DNA of 64,000 bases from Octopus sinensis. Its lineage: Eukaryota. The notes beneath the pieces are model-generated. The model was not told where the DNA came from and made no database searches. It saw nothing but the letters and a program-made list of their open reading frames with translations. Numbering within the stretch: position 1 is the first letter of the stretch; the number at the start of each line of letters is the position of its first letter. The position numbers and the translations under genes are program-made. The stretch lies in assembly GCF_006345805.1 (NCBI RefSeq), contig NC_042999.1, positions 85,498,001-85,562,000 on the forward strand, read 5' to 3'. Positions 36,701 to 51,310 of the stretch are shown piece after piece.

Positions 36701-38564
36701 ATAACAACAAACATTAGGATAGATGACGATGATAATCTGGTTATCAGGCAGGTTCCTTGGATCACTATGCTTTTCCATCTTTCTCTGTCGATAACTTGAA
36801 ACCACTTTGTGCCACAGCTGTGCAAGTCATGTTTTAAGGTGTCTCTCCTGGTTTTCTTTGATCTCTTCCCATCAGCTGATAACCATGCCATTGTCCCCTA
36901 TACATACGACATGCCTTGCTAGCTGCATTCTTTTACTCTTGATGACAAGATTCAAACATGTGTCATCAACTCTTTGAAACACTGCCTCGTTTATGATCTA
37001 ATGCCCTGGATTTTTCAGTTGCATCTTTGTTGGAAAGTATCAATCTGGTTTTCAATTCTGGCAATACTCTTCCATGTGTTAGTAGCATAGGTTGTTGTTG
37101 AGATAACAGTTGACCAGTATAACATCAATATGGTTTGTGATGTGAGCCTCTTTCATTGCTATATTGATTGAAGTTTGTTGAATACCCTGGCAATTTTGGT
37201 TATCCTTCATTTTACATTAATTTTAGCATTGCCATTTCCTGTCTGAATACTACTAAGATATGTGAAGTGTTCAATCTCTTCTATCTTTTCCCCCATTCAT
37301 TGAGACATCATGTGCTTCACTGCAGGCAACTTTCTTGCCTGTCCTAAGCCAGGTTGAGAAAGGAGGAAGGTTGGGAGTGGGACAAGCACCTCTACTCTGT
37401 AAAAAGACTCACCACAGAAACCACTTTGAACATTCCAAATTTTGATGATGATGATGATGATGATGATAGATATACAGTATTACAGATCCATTTGAAATAA
37501 TTTTACCAATCAGTTTTGCACACAATAATTAGGGAAAACCCCTAAAAATCCCTGTGCTCATAAGGACTAGTACAAAATGTATGCTACTGGGGGTATGGAA
37601 ATATCACCTCTGGTTTATGTGTATTGTGAAAAACTGGAAAGAAAACCCATGAGAGCTCAAAGGATTAAGTCATCTAGAGTTATTCCCCTTGCATGAGGGC
37701 TAGAGTGTCTTCATGGTGTAAGGAGTAACTAAGTACTTTTCCTACAGCTGTTCCATTAACAGAAAACCAAACAAAATGTCATGCAGGATAATTCTCTACC
37801 TAATAAGCAGTGCTCTAATTCTTCCAGTAATTTTCATAGCCAGATCTATCAATTTGATATATCTGTAATTTCCTCTAATTTGTTTCCTTTGCCTTTGTAT
37901 CATGTTATTGTTACTCTAGCCATTGGGTATGATCTTTCCTATACCACCTGACTAACTTTTTCTCTGTCCTATTCTTTTGTATCTGTTAAAACCTTTAATC
38001 ATATCAGCAACTATTCTTGATGTCTCGGCCATCACATTTTTAATTACTTTATCAACTGTATTGCTGCCAACTTGTATAGCTGGATCCCCAATTGAATCTA
38101 CTTGGTAGGCCTTATATTTCCCATGAATTCTGTACACTTAACAAACTCTTGTAGCACTCCCTTTTCACCAAAAGCAAATGCACAGCTATTATTCCATATA
38201 CAAATCAATTTTCTCTTGCACAGTCTTGCAGTTCAGAATACTTCAATCCTCTGATCCCTATGTTGCAGAACATGCGAGATCCTTTTATTTTCTTTTTCCT
38301 CTTAGCTAAATACACTTAATGCCTAACTTTTTTTCTAGTTCCTAGATATTACTCTCAGCTGACTTATTCTTCCAGTCTTTTCAAGCATATCTCTTTGTTT
38401 TTATAGTTTTGTCTACCTCAGTATTCTACATCACATCACTCTCAGTATGGCTGTACCTTGCACCAGCTACAAGTTTGGTAAGCAGCTCTCATCATCATAT
38501 ATGCCTTAAAGTGTTAGCCCACTTATGCATACCTTTCCTTCATTGAACACTAAACTCTGCTTGC

Positions 38565-38997
38565 GAAGACCTGTTGAGGCAAGTGAAATCGAAATCAAAT
38601 TCAATGACAGCACCACATGACTGGCATCCATGCTAGTGGAACACTAAGAGCACCATCCAAGCATGATCATTGCCAGGGCTGCTGCCAGCATCGCCTTACT
38701 GGCATGTGAAAAACATTCAAGCGAGGTCACTGCCAGTGCTGCTGGACAGGCTCCCATGCAGGTGGCACATAAAAAACACCACTTGAGCATGGCCATTGCC
38801 AGTACTGCCCCTCGTGCCGGTGGCATGTAAAAACAGCCACTACACTCTCGGAGTGGTTGGCTTTAGGAAGGGCATTCAGCTGTGGAAACTCTGCCAGATC
38901 AGATTGGAGCCTGGTGCAGCCATCTGGCTCGCCAGTCCTCAGTCAAGCCGTCCAACCCATGCCAGCATGGAAAGCAGACATTAAACGATGATGATGA
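38565..38997 (+). mobile_element. RTE 3' end with (GAT)n tail
   Basis: Family tail GGAAGGGCAT...CCAACCCATGCCAGCATGGAAAGCAGACATTAAACGATGATG. Other copies at about 10505, 12200-12710, 14510-14750, 33845-34005, 34880-35215, 50600-50880 (+) and 17425-17585, 49470-50030 (-). Confidence 0.88.
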
Positions 38998-39011
38998 TCA
39001 TGATGATATAT

Positions 39012-39720
39012 CATCATCATCATCATCATCGTTTAACGTCCGCTTTCCATGCTAGCATGGGTTGGACGGTTCAACTGGGGTCTGGCAAGCCCGATGGCTG
39101 CACCAGGCCAGTCTGATCTGGCAGTGTTTCTACAGCTGGATGCCCTTCCTAACGCCAACCACTCCGAGAGTGTAGTGGGTGATTTTATGTGCCACCGACA
39201 CAGGTGCCAGACGAGGCTGGCAGACGGCCATGCTCGGATGGTATTTTTTATGTGCCACCGACACAGGTGCCAGACGAGGCTGGCAGACGGCCATGCTCGG
39301 ATGGTGTTTTCTTATGTGCCACCGACACAGGTGCCAGACGAGGCTGGCGAACGGCCACGCTCGGATGGTGTTTGTTACGTGCCCTCAGCACGGAGGCCAG
39401 TCGATGCAGTACTGGCTACGGTCATGTTCGGATGGTTTTCTTATGTGCCACCGGCGCTGGTACCACAAGGATACAAATTCCATTGATGTTCATCTATTTT
39501 GATTTGGTTTGATTTGATTTTCACTTGCCTCAACAGGTCTTCACAAGTGTCACAAGAAGGAAGGTATGCACAGGTGGACTGACTACGTCCCAGGTAGGGG
39601 CCACGGGTTATGGCTTCACTAGTCTTGCCGGGTCTTCTCACGCACAGCATACTTCCATAGGTCTCGGTCTCTAGTCATTTCCATGGTGAGACCTAACGTT
39701 CAAAGGTCGTGCTTCACTAC
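39012..39720 (-). mobile_element. RTE 3' end, opposite orientation (tail-to-tail with the previous copy)
   Basis: (ATC)n followed by the reverse-complement family tail and about five tandem 57-bp modules. Confidence 0.88.
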
Positions 39721-42700
39721 CTCCTTGATAATAGCTGATATGTTGGTTCATATGTTAGTTAGTACCCACACTCACTGTGAGAATTAACATAAGAGATGCA
39801 AGATGAGCGCACATACTAGGCTTGGTGGCAGGCTACACACATGCATTCAGTGAGAAACAAAGAGTCACAGAAACATGATATTACCCATTATGGCAAAATT
39901 ATACCTCTAAAGTTACACATCATATGATGGGTAACACTCTTTCTCTTTATATATATTATACATAATTCAAACATATATATTATACATAATTCAAATATTG
40001 AGAGAACAGATATGCTTATTTTACCAAAAAAATTACTGTCATCTCAAGTCATGATCAGCCAAAGTGAAACACAATAAACTGTCATTTTATATAAACACAC
40101 ATAATTTTAAATGGATTATTTGAAATAACTCAACTGGGCTAATGGCATGAATTTGAATAATTAAGTAAAAGGGTGATATATTGAATGCTATACAATTAAC
40201 TGAAATTTTCTTCTTAGTTGAAGAAATATATTAAAAATCTAGTTGCATTTACCGGTAATGCTCAAGGAAAAGGGAGAGATAATCTCAAGAAATTATTAAG
40301 ATGTTAATTTCTCCAGTGAACTTACAAGCTTAAGAAAAAGTTGCTCTAATCTTTGTTTACAGGCAATGAACAACTGTGAACATATTTCAGTATATTTGGC
40401 CTCATCAACATAGTAAAGTCAAAGCAGGTCAGTTGATAGTTCTTGCTAAAAGAACTATAGAAAGAGATGTGAATGAGTTTTGGTTAAAAGAATTTGCAAA
40501 ACTAAAAGAAATATGAGCAAAGGGAATAATTCAAGTGGGCCAATGGCAAGTATTTGGATAATAAATTTTAAGTATGATGTACTGAATGCCACAGATATTA
40601 ATTAGAATTTCCATTTCAATTGGATGAAAGGAGTGAGAGTTTAATGAGAGGGACACTAATTTAGCTGAAAGGAGAGTAAAGACAGGAGTAATGGAAGTGT
40701 GACAGTGTGAGAGGAAATTATGGAAGAAAGGCAATGATGGCAGCTATATATTTGCTGCTGAGAGAGAGACTGAGCAGTATATGATAATATAGAGATGAGT
40801 GATGATAAAGGAGCAAGATGGATGTCACTAATGAGTAGTCTGCAGGAGAGGGAGTGATTGATGGCAAAACAGAAAACGTGTGGTAGAGTGTATTGGTTAC
40901 CAAAAGATCAGATTCTATCCTTCATATATCAATGTCTTGATGTAAGGCAGATAAACTGATAAGAGTTATGGGAGAATATGCATGAGTCCAAAGCTGATCT
41001 TACATATACATATTGATGAAAGAAAGAGATGTCAGCACAGAAAAGGTGTGGTAGCAGTTAAACAGCAAATCTGATTCTATTCCTCATACATAGGCATCTT
41101 GATGTGTGTGTGCAAGAGCAAGAGAGAGAGAGAGACAGACAGACAGAGAGTGATGTGGGTGATGGTAGAATATGCATAGGGCCAAAGTTATTCTTCATAT
41201 ACATGCACCTTGATGGAAGAGAGGGAAGTAATAAGGGAGTTGGTAGGATATACACACAACCAGTGCCATCTGTTTTTACCTGAACAACATGGTACAATGA
41301 ATAGGAGAGAGGGTGAGTGATAGATATGAGTAATGGGGGAAATAAATTATAGCGAAAAGAGATGTTGCCAAAGAAGGTGAGTGAAGACAACAGATAGAAA
41401 GTTTACAATGGCATATTTAGCAGGAGCCTGTATACCTCTTAGATTCCATCATTACCACCATTTAAAGTGTAATTTGCCATGCCTGCACTGGAGGACAAGT
41501 TTTATCTATCATCATGTAAAGGCAGTTTTCACATTCTTTTGTTGTAAAGCTTAGCATTCTGAGGAAGGGCTTCATCACTTCATCTCATGTTTTTTTAGAT
41601 GTCACTCTTCCAAAAGTTACATACACTTTGAACACTCAGTAGTTCTTTCTATGGCTGTCATTCTGCATACACATTACATGTTCACAACAGCAAAATATTT
41701 TCTTTTGTTCACTACATTTGATTCCTTTCATGTCCAGCTTTTCTCCCATTTTATTTATACTCTGTCTTTCATCTATACTAACATTACACATCTAGAGAAA
41801 TATGCTCACTTCATTTCTTTGTAATCTTTTCAAGTCCTCTGAATTCAAGACCCATGATGTACTATCATACAGCAACACACTTTTGTACACAAGCACCATG
41901 CAATCTGGCCTTCACTCTGAGTGAAAAGCTTTGTTGCTAGCAGAGGTTAAAGTTTCCTGAAATCTATCTAGCTTGTTTTTGTTATTATGCTTTCAAAACA
42001 CCCATCCCTGAAGTTAATTAGGTCAACTGAGTGACAAAAGTTGTCAACTACTTTTAGGAAATCTATTTCTCATGTGCTATTGTTGCTTATTGCTCTGGTG
42101 CACCTGCTGCATATGATATCTACCTTCTCTGTCAGTAAGTTCACAACACCTCTTATGTGTCCATACTTTACATTGGGTATATCATATGTAAATTCTACCT
42201 ACTTACTTTCTGTAAATTTATAAGGTGGGTCAAACTGGTCCAGTGCTAACCCTTCTTACACTGGCAGCATACTACAGTGGCTAAGAGAGATCCACTGTTA
42301 TCCTTTGTTATATATATAGTATGATACTATTATTAGAAGAGATGGTGAGTGCAACAAGAATGAACAATAGTGAGAGAGATCAGTGATGAAAATATGAATT
42401 ACAGACAAAAAAGAGGGTACCAAAGAGGTTAGGGGCAACAGATGGAAGGTCAACAGCAACAAATCTGGAGGAGACCATATCCCCCTTAGCTTTCATCACT
42501 ACCACCTTCTGACATTTGCTTTGTTACACTTGTACTGGTAGATGGGTTTTCTCTAGTGCTGCATGTCAATAATCATCACAGTCTTTTGTAATCTCCTTTG
42601 TAAGGTTCAATCTACTATGCACTAACATGTGCAAACAAATTTGTTTTAGAATACAACTTGGCAAGTTCATACTCATTAATACTTTTCAACCACTTGTAAC

Positions 42701-45239
42701 TAGCAAGCAACATCCTCCCCTATCTTTTATTGAAACTAGAACAACATGTGTTCAGTTAAACCTTAAGACAGTGCTGTCTTAAAGCAGGGGCTTATCGGCT
42801 GGTTGTCTAGGGGCTCCTTGTGTCCAGAAGGCCCAGTGTTAATCTATGTATAATGTAGTTGTGTATATAGAAGCCTTGGTGCATTGTCTTGCTCAAGGGC
42901 CTATAATGCCTTAAGGTTATGCATACACTTTTCCTCTTCATATCACACCAATATTTCATACCTCAGATACCATTCTAAACACTTTCCACAATCTTTCTTA
43001 TCTATAAATGGATTTCTCTGCAACTCACTTTCCACCCTCATATTCTTTTATCAATCAGCTTGCAACAATCCAGACATCAACCATACTAACTTTATTTAGT
43101 TATACAAGATGTTTAGCCAGGAAGTGGGCCTAAGTAATGTTTATGGGCACTGTCCTGCTACATCAGACTAACAAACAAAAGTTTATAGTTAGAATAATTT
43201 ATAAATTTATTTTGACTGATGATGAAACAAACACTGATAAAAGGTTTCACAGCTGTAGCTTGTAAGGCACAATTTGGTTAAGTTTTAAGTTAAATTTACT
43301 TCAACTTCAGTAGAAAGGATCCACATGACTGCTGCTGTAATGATACATGAAATAAATATTAATTTCTTTTCAGAAAATTTACCAGTTTCACATATTTACA
43401 AAAATATATAAACATAATCAAAATATTTAACACTACACAGAAATATTTTTGCATGAAAGAAGAGTCAAGATAAATCTATATGAATTAAGTAAATAATTAC
43501 AGGAATAATAAATTTTAATCACAGAAATACAAAAATCCAATGTTTCTTTACAAAATAATTATTCCAGATTTCATAAATCAATATTTAAAAAAAAAACTTT
43601 TAATATTAAAATAATAACTAAGGCTGCAAGTTGGCAGAATTGCTAGCATTCTGTGCAAAATGCTTAGTGGAAATTTCAGAGGAGTTAAGTTGATTACATC
43701 GACCCCAGTACTCAACTGGTATTTATTTTATCAACCCCTAAAGGATGAAAAGCAAAGTCGACTTTGGCAGAACTTGAACTCAGAATGTAAAGATAGATGA
43801 AATGCTGCTAAGCACTTTGCGTAGCATGATAATGATTCTGCCAGCCTACCACCTGAACACATCAACTAATATTAAAGTAATTAGTTATTTTTTAATCTTA
43901 TACTTGAGGATATAGAGGAAAATAGAATGTATTTAAGTCATCATCATCATTTAATGTTTGCCTTCCATACTGGTAGAAGCTGGATGGTTTCATGGGATCC
44001 ATCAAATTGGAGAACTACATCATGCTCCAATGTCTGCTTTGGCATGGTTTCCATAGCTGGATGTCCTTCATGACATCAACCATTTTACAGTGTCTACTGA
44101 CTATTTTTCTCAAGTGGCATCAGGTTTCCATGTAATTTGCAAAACTAAGGGCCCAAAATGGCTCTTATAACTGAAAAGGAATAGAAGAGAGAGGGTGCAA
44201 TGTTTCTTGATAGGATGATGAGAGAGGGTATGTTATCATGAGAGGATTAGATTTATAGTTGCGAGTGGAGAGAGTAACAGTGTTATATGGAAGTGACAGG
44301 GGAAAAGAGGTTAGTGAGAAAAGGAAGGACAGAATGGGAAAATGATAAGATGTTTTGGTAGGTGGGGTCCAGTGCTATCACACATTATAAGGGCAAATAT
44401 AGATAGAAGATATGAAGGAAAGGAGTTATTGAAGGAAAGAGTGATGTGGAGACAGGCCAGAGAGGGAGATGAAAAAGGATGTTGAAGAGGCAGAGAAGCA
44501 GTGAGAAGAGGGCAGTAAAAGAAAGCAAAGCAGAAGGTAGGAGAACAGTGGGCAAATGCAGCAAGAGCAATGAGGAAAAGAGAGGCTGAAGAGCAGAATG
44601 TGAAGGTACAGAAAGTATCCCAGATGGGAAGGCTGTGTAGAAATGATGGTGAGAAAATGGGGGAATGCAGCAAAAGGAGTGAGAGGAAGAAAGAGTGGGG
44701 GGCATCCTAGATGTGTAAAAGCAAGAGGTGTTGAGTGGGATGTGTTAGTTGGCAGGACAGTAATAAAGGTGACCCGAGTGAGTGTGTTGATTGGTAGTAT
44801 AGCAAGGCAAAGCTAGAATAGTGTATTTGGAGGGTGAGAAGGGAATCCAAACCAACCTCTTATAAGTGAGTTGAGGCAAGGAAGAAGGTGTCATAATGAG
44901 GTGAAGTGGATAGTGTTGGGAGATGAGAGATGGGGAGAGTCTATGAATGGTGAAGAGATGAAAGTCAAGCAGTTATAACATTGTGTATGTGTATGTGCGT
45001 GAGAGAGAGTATCTATAATCATTAATGGTTCTAGGTTCAGCGCTACTGCATGACGCATTGGGCAAGCATTTTCTCCTATAGCCCAGGTGAGGGTTGGAGA
45101 CAGGAAGTGCATTTGGCTGTAGAAGATCCACCTCCACAAATTCTGAGCATGGAAAAGTGAATGTTGAGACCACAATGATGATGATGATGATATATGCATG
45201 TAGGTATATAAAACACATAGAAAATAAATAATATTGTTC

Positions 45240-47783
45240 TTACGATTCAATGTCAGATCTTTCAGAAGATAAATCTTCAGAAGAGAGTAGATCAGCTGAT
45301 GGCAACAACATAGGCATCCTCATGGTGCACAAAGGGTCAGCAACATAACCATTTTTATCAACTTGTGTTAATGGAAAACGTCTTCGAAGTTCTTCAGATT
45401 GAGCTCCACTATTTCTCGAGGCTTCCATTTCCCAACGAGTTCTCATAGCAGTTACATGACCAGTTAGTGGAGGAGTTGTACGTCCTTCATTATCAGAGTC
45501 TTCAGAAAGTGCATTCAATTCTGAGATAGGATCATTCGTAATGGTATTTCCATTACTTATTAACATCACAGCTTGGGATTGTCTACATTCCTCTAAAATA
45601 GGAACTATATTTTTGAAATCAGGTCTCTCTTCGGCATTGGCATGCCATCCTTTTTGTAAGATTCCAATAATAGGTTTTGGAAAAGTGATAGCAATGGGAG
45701 GCCTAGTATGATGATATGCCATTTCGGCAGCAGTGGCAGCTGGTTTAAGATGTGCAAATGGCATTTCACCTGCTAATAATTCCCAGAGACATAAAGAATA
45801 ACTAAACATATCTGCTCTAATACTATACTTTGTACACTGAGTAAATATTTCAGGAGCCATCCAGCGTAGATTTCCAGGTTGCTTTGTCATGTTATCTTCT
45901 TCATCAGATCTTAAAAAACGCGATTCTCCAAAATCAGCAACAACAGCATGGCAATCTTCTTCTAAGAGAATATTATGACTATTAAGATCTCGATGGATAA
46001 TGGGTTGTGGCAAATTATGTAAATACTCCATCCCTTTGGCAACATCCACTGCAATTGTCAGTTTAGTGTGCATATCTATTAGACGTTTTTGTTCATGTAA
46101 CAAACCGAAAAGAGATCCACCTGATACAAATCGTGTAACAATGGCAAATTGACTAGGATCATCTAAACATGCACCAACAAAATGTATAACATATGGGCTA
46201 TCTAATCTTGCCAAAATTGATACTTCCCGACAAAACATATCTACATCAGATTTTGAACCAAATGAGCTTGCACGATATCTTTTAATAGCAACAACTTTAC
46301 CTCGGCATTTACCCTTAAATACTTTTCCAAAAGAACCACTACCAATAGTTTCTTGAGATTCAAGGTCTGTAATCTGTAAATGGAAGTAATGTGGTAGAGT
46401 AGCTCTCAATTGGAGAACATCAATTTTTTCTCTGGTAACACTACGGAGTTTTCCTATAGGTGAAGGTACAGATACATAACTGCCATCACCTCCAGGTTGA
46501 GTGTAGTCCCCACAAGCAGATTCATCTTGAGGTCGTTTGTGATGTTTCAATAATGTGACAATTGAATCATGACCTTTTTCATATGCCCACATTAGTGCTG
46601 TTTGTTCCTCTTTCTTTTCACTACCACCATTTTGATCACTGACTGATGCGACCAAATTAACATCAGCTCCACTTTCTAAAAGAAAATGAACAACTCGTAA
46701 ATGTCCATGGTAACAGGCACTGTGTAAAGCAGTATGTCCATCTTTTCCTTGATAATTAATATCAACATTTTGTTGTTCAAGTAAAAATTTTATTAATTCT
46801 ATGCTTTTTCCTGTTGTACAAGCAGCATGTAGTGGTGTTTCACTGAAAATGTTCTCAATATTAAGACTTGCAGACCCAGTGTGTAATGTCAATGCCTTAC
46901 AGATTTCCAATTTACAATAATAACAAGCCAAATGTAATGGTGTATCTCCATAGATATTAGTGATATGTGTATCAGCTTTATGTTCTAGTAGTAAACTTAA
47001 AATCTGAAGGTTTCCTGCTTTACAGCAAAAATGTATAGGACGATGTTCTTCATCATCTTTTACATTCACATCTACTTTTTGGTCAGATGTGCCTTGAAGA
47101 AGCAACTGTGTAATTCGGAGGTAACCTTTAGCACAAGCTAAGTGAAGAGGACGATCACCAACACCTCCACTGATATTTATGTTGGCACCATTTGTAATAA
47201 GACTTTCAACCATTTTATCATGACCAAAAAAACTTGCAATATGTAAAGGAGAAAATTTGACAGCATCGCCGGAATTGATGCGTGCTCCATGTTCCAGTAA
47301 TATCTGAGCAATTTCAAGATGCCCACACATAGCTGTAATATGAAGAGCTGTCATTCCACTGTTGCCAGTTACATTGACATCAATGTTTGCCTCACATAAA
47401 GCAACCACTGTTTCTACATCACCTTTATAAGTAGCTAGATGAAGAGCCGAAAACTGGTTCTTGGTGAGATAAATAGCTTTTATTCCTTGTTGTAAAAAAT
47501 AGTTTATAAGTTCTTTTGAATCAGCCCCAGCACCACTAATACAACAAATGTGCAATAAAGTATGTCCAGTATCAGTCTTCTCATTGACATTATCTTCATT
47601 TAAAAGTTCTTTCACTCCTGCAAGATCGCAGCGGCTGCATGCCAGCTGTAACTCTGACCATTCGGAATCCCGAGGCCGAAGGTCTTCTATAGCTTTAGAA
47701 CGAAACAGTGAATAGCTTTCACTAATTTTTTTCTTAAGTTCATCAGCACATGAAATTGTTGGCCGAGATTTATAATTACCCAT
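45240..47783 (-). CDS. TNNI3K: Serine/threonine-protein kinase TNNI3K (ankyrin repeats + TKL kinase), single coding exon, 847 aa
   Basis: Uninterrupted ORF. The start [19 protein letters not shown] matches the vertebrate TNNI3K N-terminus; the ORF track's upstream [10 protein letters not shown] is a poly-T extension. About 10 ankyrin repeats ([42 protein letters not shown]). Kinase motifs [40 protein letters not shown] at 47783, TAA at 45240. Confidence 0.96.
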   Translation of the reverse strand: MGNYKSRPTISCADELKKKISESYSLFRSKAIEDLRPRDSEWSELQLACSRCDLAGVKELLNEDNVNEKTDTGHTLLHICCISGAGADSKELINYFLQQGIKAIYLTKNQFSALHLATYKGDVETVVALCEANIDVNVTGNSGMTALHITAMCGHLEIAQILLEHGARINSGDAVKFSPLHIASFFGHDKMVESLITNGANINISGGVGDRPLHLACAKGYLRITQLLLQGTSDQKVDVNVKDDEEHRPIHFCCKAGNLQILSLLLEHKADTHITNIYGDTPLHLACYYCKLEICKALTLHTGSASLNIENIFSETPLHAACTTGKSIELIKFLLEQQNVDINYQGKDGHTALHSACYHGHLRVVHFLLESGADVNLVASVSDQNGGSEKKEEQTALMWAYEKGHDSIVTLLKHHKRPQDESACGDYTQPGGDGSYVSVPSPIGKLRSVTREKIDVLQLRATLPHYFHLQITDLESQETIGSGSFGKVFKGKCRGKVVAIKRYRASSFGSKSDVDMFCREVSILARLDSPYVIHFVGACLDDPSQFAIVTRFVSGGSLFGLLHEQKRLIDMHTKLTIAVDVAKGMEYLHNLPQPIIHRDLNSHNILLEEDCHAVVADFGESRFLRSDEEDNMTKQPGNLRWMAPEIFTQCTKYSIRADMFSYSLCLWELLAGEMPFAHLKPAATAAEMAYHHTRPPIAITFPKPIIGILQKGWHANAEERPDFKNIVPILEECRQSQAVMLISNGNTITNDPISELNALSEDSDNEGRTTPPLTGHVTAMRTRWEMEASRNSGAQSEELRRRFPLTQVDKNGYVADPLCTMRMPMLLPSADLLSSEDLSSERSDIES

Positions 47784-50700
47784 TTCAGAAAAAAAAAAAA
47801 AAATTCTTTTCAAGAATTCTTTTAAAGCTCAGTGAAATATTTTATTATAGCAGTCGAGATAATTGTATGATGATTTAAAGAGAATAATTTCCACATACTG
47901 TGAAGAAAACATTAACTTGTGGGCATTAACGCGAATAAGTAAGCATTTTCTCGACACGAGTAAGCGACATTATAAAATTAACTTTTCTTGTACACCACTG
48001 CTTGAATTTAAAACAATTCTTTTTTTTTAGGTAACATCAAAGCCCAGCATGGTTGCATTACAATAAAAGAAAACAGGAAAATAATCAAATGAAATTTGTT
48101 GCCCTCGCAGACCATAATAATTGAATAAGGTCGTAAGGATTATTACGATTTCCTAAAAACATCTTCAAACGAATATGTCGCAATGAAAAGTGCCACAAAG
48201 TATAACAAACGCAAAATATCAGCAGTGCAATAAGAAAGTGCTGAATCTAATAGCATGCAAATATCAATAGTAAAAACCTTTCAACTTCGATAAATATTTT
48301 CTTTCGGATATTTGTTGCTGTGAAAAAAAAAAAAAAGGAAGTGATGTATGGAAGTCTAAAAGTGCATCAAAATATTTACCTCAGCCTCACTTTCAGTAGA
48401 ACAACGTGAGAAAAAAAACTCAGTTATTGTAAATGTATATCATAGTTTCTATTTCGATGGTTTAAAGTTTTTACCTTATGTAATTCATTATGTCAACTGT
48501 GAAAACATTAAGAATGTAGTATTATATATTATTAAAATAATACTGTTATTATTTTTTTTGTTTCACAAGAATCTATTCGTGTTACAACCTATAACCTACT
48601 ATAAAGTTATATTAGTTGTTTGCATCATTCCTTTCACGAAGTTGAAGTAAAGGTTAAGTAAAAAGTAAAAAAATAATAATAAACTCTTCTGATATAATAC
48701 AAATTACACCACTGTATTCTTCACTGCATTCTTCCCGTATAATTTCCTAGCGGTTACGTTTGGTGACGGACTTGTTGGATTGAGATCTCAATGTAGGTTT
48801 CTCAAGAGGTATTGTATTTGATCTTGCCAAAATGTTGAAATAAAACAATCTCTAGTCATTAATTATATATCTATTATATAAAATCCGTTCTGTGTGTGTG
48901 TGGGGGGGGGTGTCTTCTAGGATCTCGGGCATCCTCCATCCGATTGCGCTCAAATTTGATATGTAGATACCGACGGTATCAGGGCAGGTATAAGTCTTGA
49001 AAAAATTACAAAAATCGATTCCAGGTGAGAATGCGATCGATAAAGCCGTGGAAACGTACATTTGTACGCGCAAGTACATCAGCTGTTGCGATCGATACTA
49101 CGCATACGCGAGAAAAATGCACGTGCAGTTTGCACACAAAAAAAGCCAGCTGGCTTGAAATAATGCCATAAAAAGCAGTATATTTAAGAGACCAAAAAAG
49201 TAAGATGCAAAAGAGATATTTTCTTCAAACTTGGCATGAGGGAAGGAAAAACTATTTGGTTTCTCAAGGAGTTTTTTTTTTTTTTTTGCCTTAACTTCGT
49301 TTTAACAAAACCAAAAATTTTATTGAAATAAAGGCATGCTTAATTATTTTTTAATGAAAAGAAAACACTGATTGCTTTTTATTCAGCAGATACGATTCAG
49401 CACTGTCCATTGGACTGGGGAGGGGGCGTTTTGCTCGTATATATATATATATATATATATATATCATCATTATCATCATCATTTAACGCCTGCTTTCCAT
49501 GCTAGCATGGGTTGGACGATTTGACTGAGGTCTGGCAAACCAGACTCCAATCTGATCTGGCAGAGTTTCTACAGCTGGATGCCCTTCCTAACGCCGACCA
49601 CGCAGAGAGTGTAGTGGGTGCTTTTACGTGCTACTGGCACGAGGGCCAGTTTGGTGGTACTGGCAACGGCCACATCCAAATGGTGCTTTTTACGTGCCAC
49701 CTGCACTGGCGACAACCTCGCTCGAATGTTTCATGTGCCACCAGCACAAGTACTAGTAAGGCAATGCAGTAACAATCACGCTCAAATGGTGTGCTTAACG
49801 TGCCATTGGCACGAAGGCCAGTTCGGTACTCTGGCAACGATCTCACTCATATGGTACTCTTAGCACTCCACTAGCAACGGATGCCAGTCACTGAGTTTGA
49901 TTTCGACTTCGATTTCACTTGCCTCAACTGGTCTTCGCAAGCAGAGTTTAGTGTCCAATGAAGAAAAGGCACACATAAGTAGACTGGTTACACCCCTAGC
50001 ATAGGCTACAAGGTTATGGTCACACTTGTGTTTGCTGAGTCTTATATATATGTATATATATATATATATTATGAGCCCAATGAAGCACATGCAAATAGGA
50101 AGAGTCTCTCATTACTTTGGGTGATGTGTCAAAATAACAAGCTGATGCCTCAAGGGCATTTGGAAGCACCAACCCCAACATTTTATGTAGGTTTAAATAG
50201 TGCTTGGTCCTGCTTTCAGTGTGTGCTGAAATTCCATCTGGCCATTACTTTGAGAGTTTTATCTCATAGTTTTGCAAACAACAATATCCCTACATTGCAG
50301 GTAATGAAAATGTTTTTAGACATAAAAGAAGACTCAGGATTAAATTGTATGAACTCATCTAACTAATGCTAAAGAATTTTTCTAATTCTGTGCTAAACAC
50401 AAATGATACAGCTTTATGGTCTATAATGGATGAGGACAGCTGCATAAAGAAGTGCTAAGCTCTAATTGTAGAGGGAACCTGTGGACCAGGAAGACATGGG
50501 ATGAAGTGGTTAGAAAGGATCTTTAGATGCTGGGCCTCACTAAGGAAATGACACGTTGTGGCGATTTGTTCTACTTGAGAAGATGTGCCAAGTTGAGTAA
50601 AATCACTGCAATCCATACATACAGGCTTGTCCTTTACAGGTACTGGTGCTACATAAAGTGCACTTGTGCTGGTGCTGCATGAACACACCCATGCCAGTGG

Positions 50701-50949
50701 CACATAAAAAATACCCAACACAGTCTGTAAAGTGGTAGGTGTTAGCAAAGGCATCCAACCACAATAAATCATGCCACAACAGACAACTGGAGTCTGGACA
50801 GCTCCCCAGCTAGCCAGTTCCATGTCAAACTGTCCAACTCATGCCAGCATGAAAAATAGACATTTGATGATGATGATAAATCAGTAAAAAAAGGAAAAGA
50901 ATAAAAAACTCTGCCAGCTGCCAACGATATATTTTACTTGTTTCAGTCA

Positions 50950-51310
50950 TTAGACTATGGCTATGCTGGATACTGCCTTGTTTTTTCTCTCCATCCTCTG
51001 TCCTCCGTTTCCATGGCTTGGAAGACAGCCACCTCCTCACTTCCAACAAGGACAGCTGTCACAATCCAAGCCACTTCTATATCAGGTGGGATTCCTTCTA
51101 CCCTCACCTTAGAAGTCTTTCTTCCAAGGTACGTGGGTAGAAGTACCACTTCCTCCATTCTTATCATTGTACTCGCCAGCCTCTTTGACTCCTCTGCTGT
51201 CCTATACTGGACAACCACTGTCCCTTATCCATTTCTTTCCGCTATGTGTATCACTTCCTTTGAAAGCCCCTTCCATGCTTTTTCTACTTTTTCCATCTCC
51301 ATCTGTTCCA
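50950..51310 (-). mobile_element. Possible LINE ORF1-like (RRM-type) fragment
   Basis: VVQYRTAEESKRL...LLPTYLGRKTSKVRVEGIPPDIEVAW. The context is all repeats and no splice structure was found; assignment is tentative. Confidence 0.3.

Noticed and set aside
39180-39450. CRISPR-like array
   Set aside because: Eukaryotic context, no unique spacers and no cas genes. These are tandem modules of a LINE 3' UTR.
44160-44900. Purine-rich strand-asymmetric tract and its F/S/L/P-rich ORFs
   Set aside because: Low-complexity decayed repeat; the ORFs are a compositional artefact.
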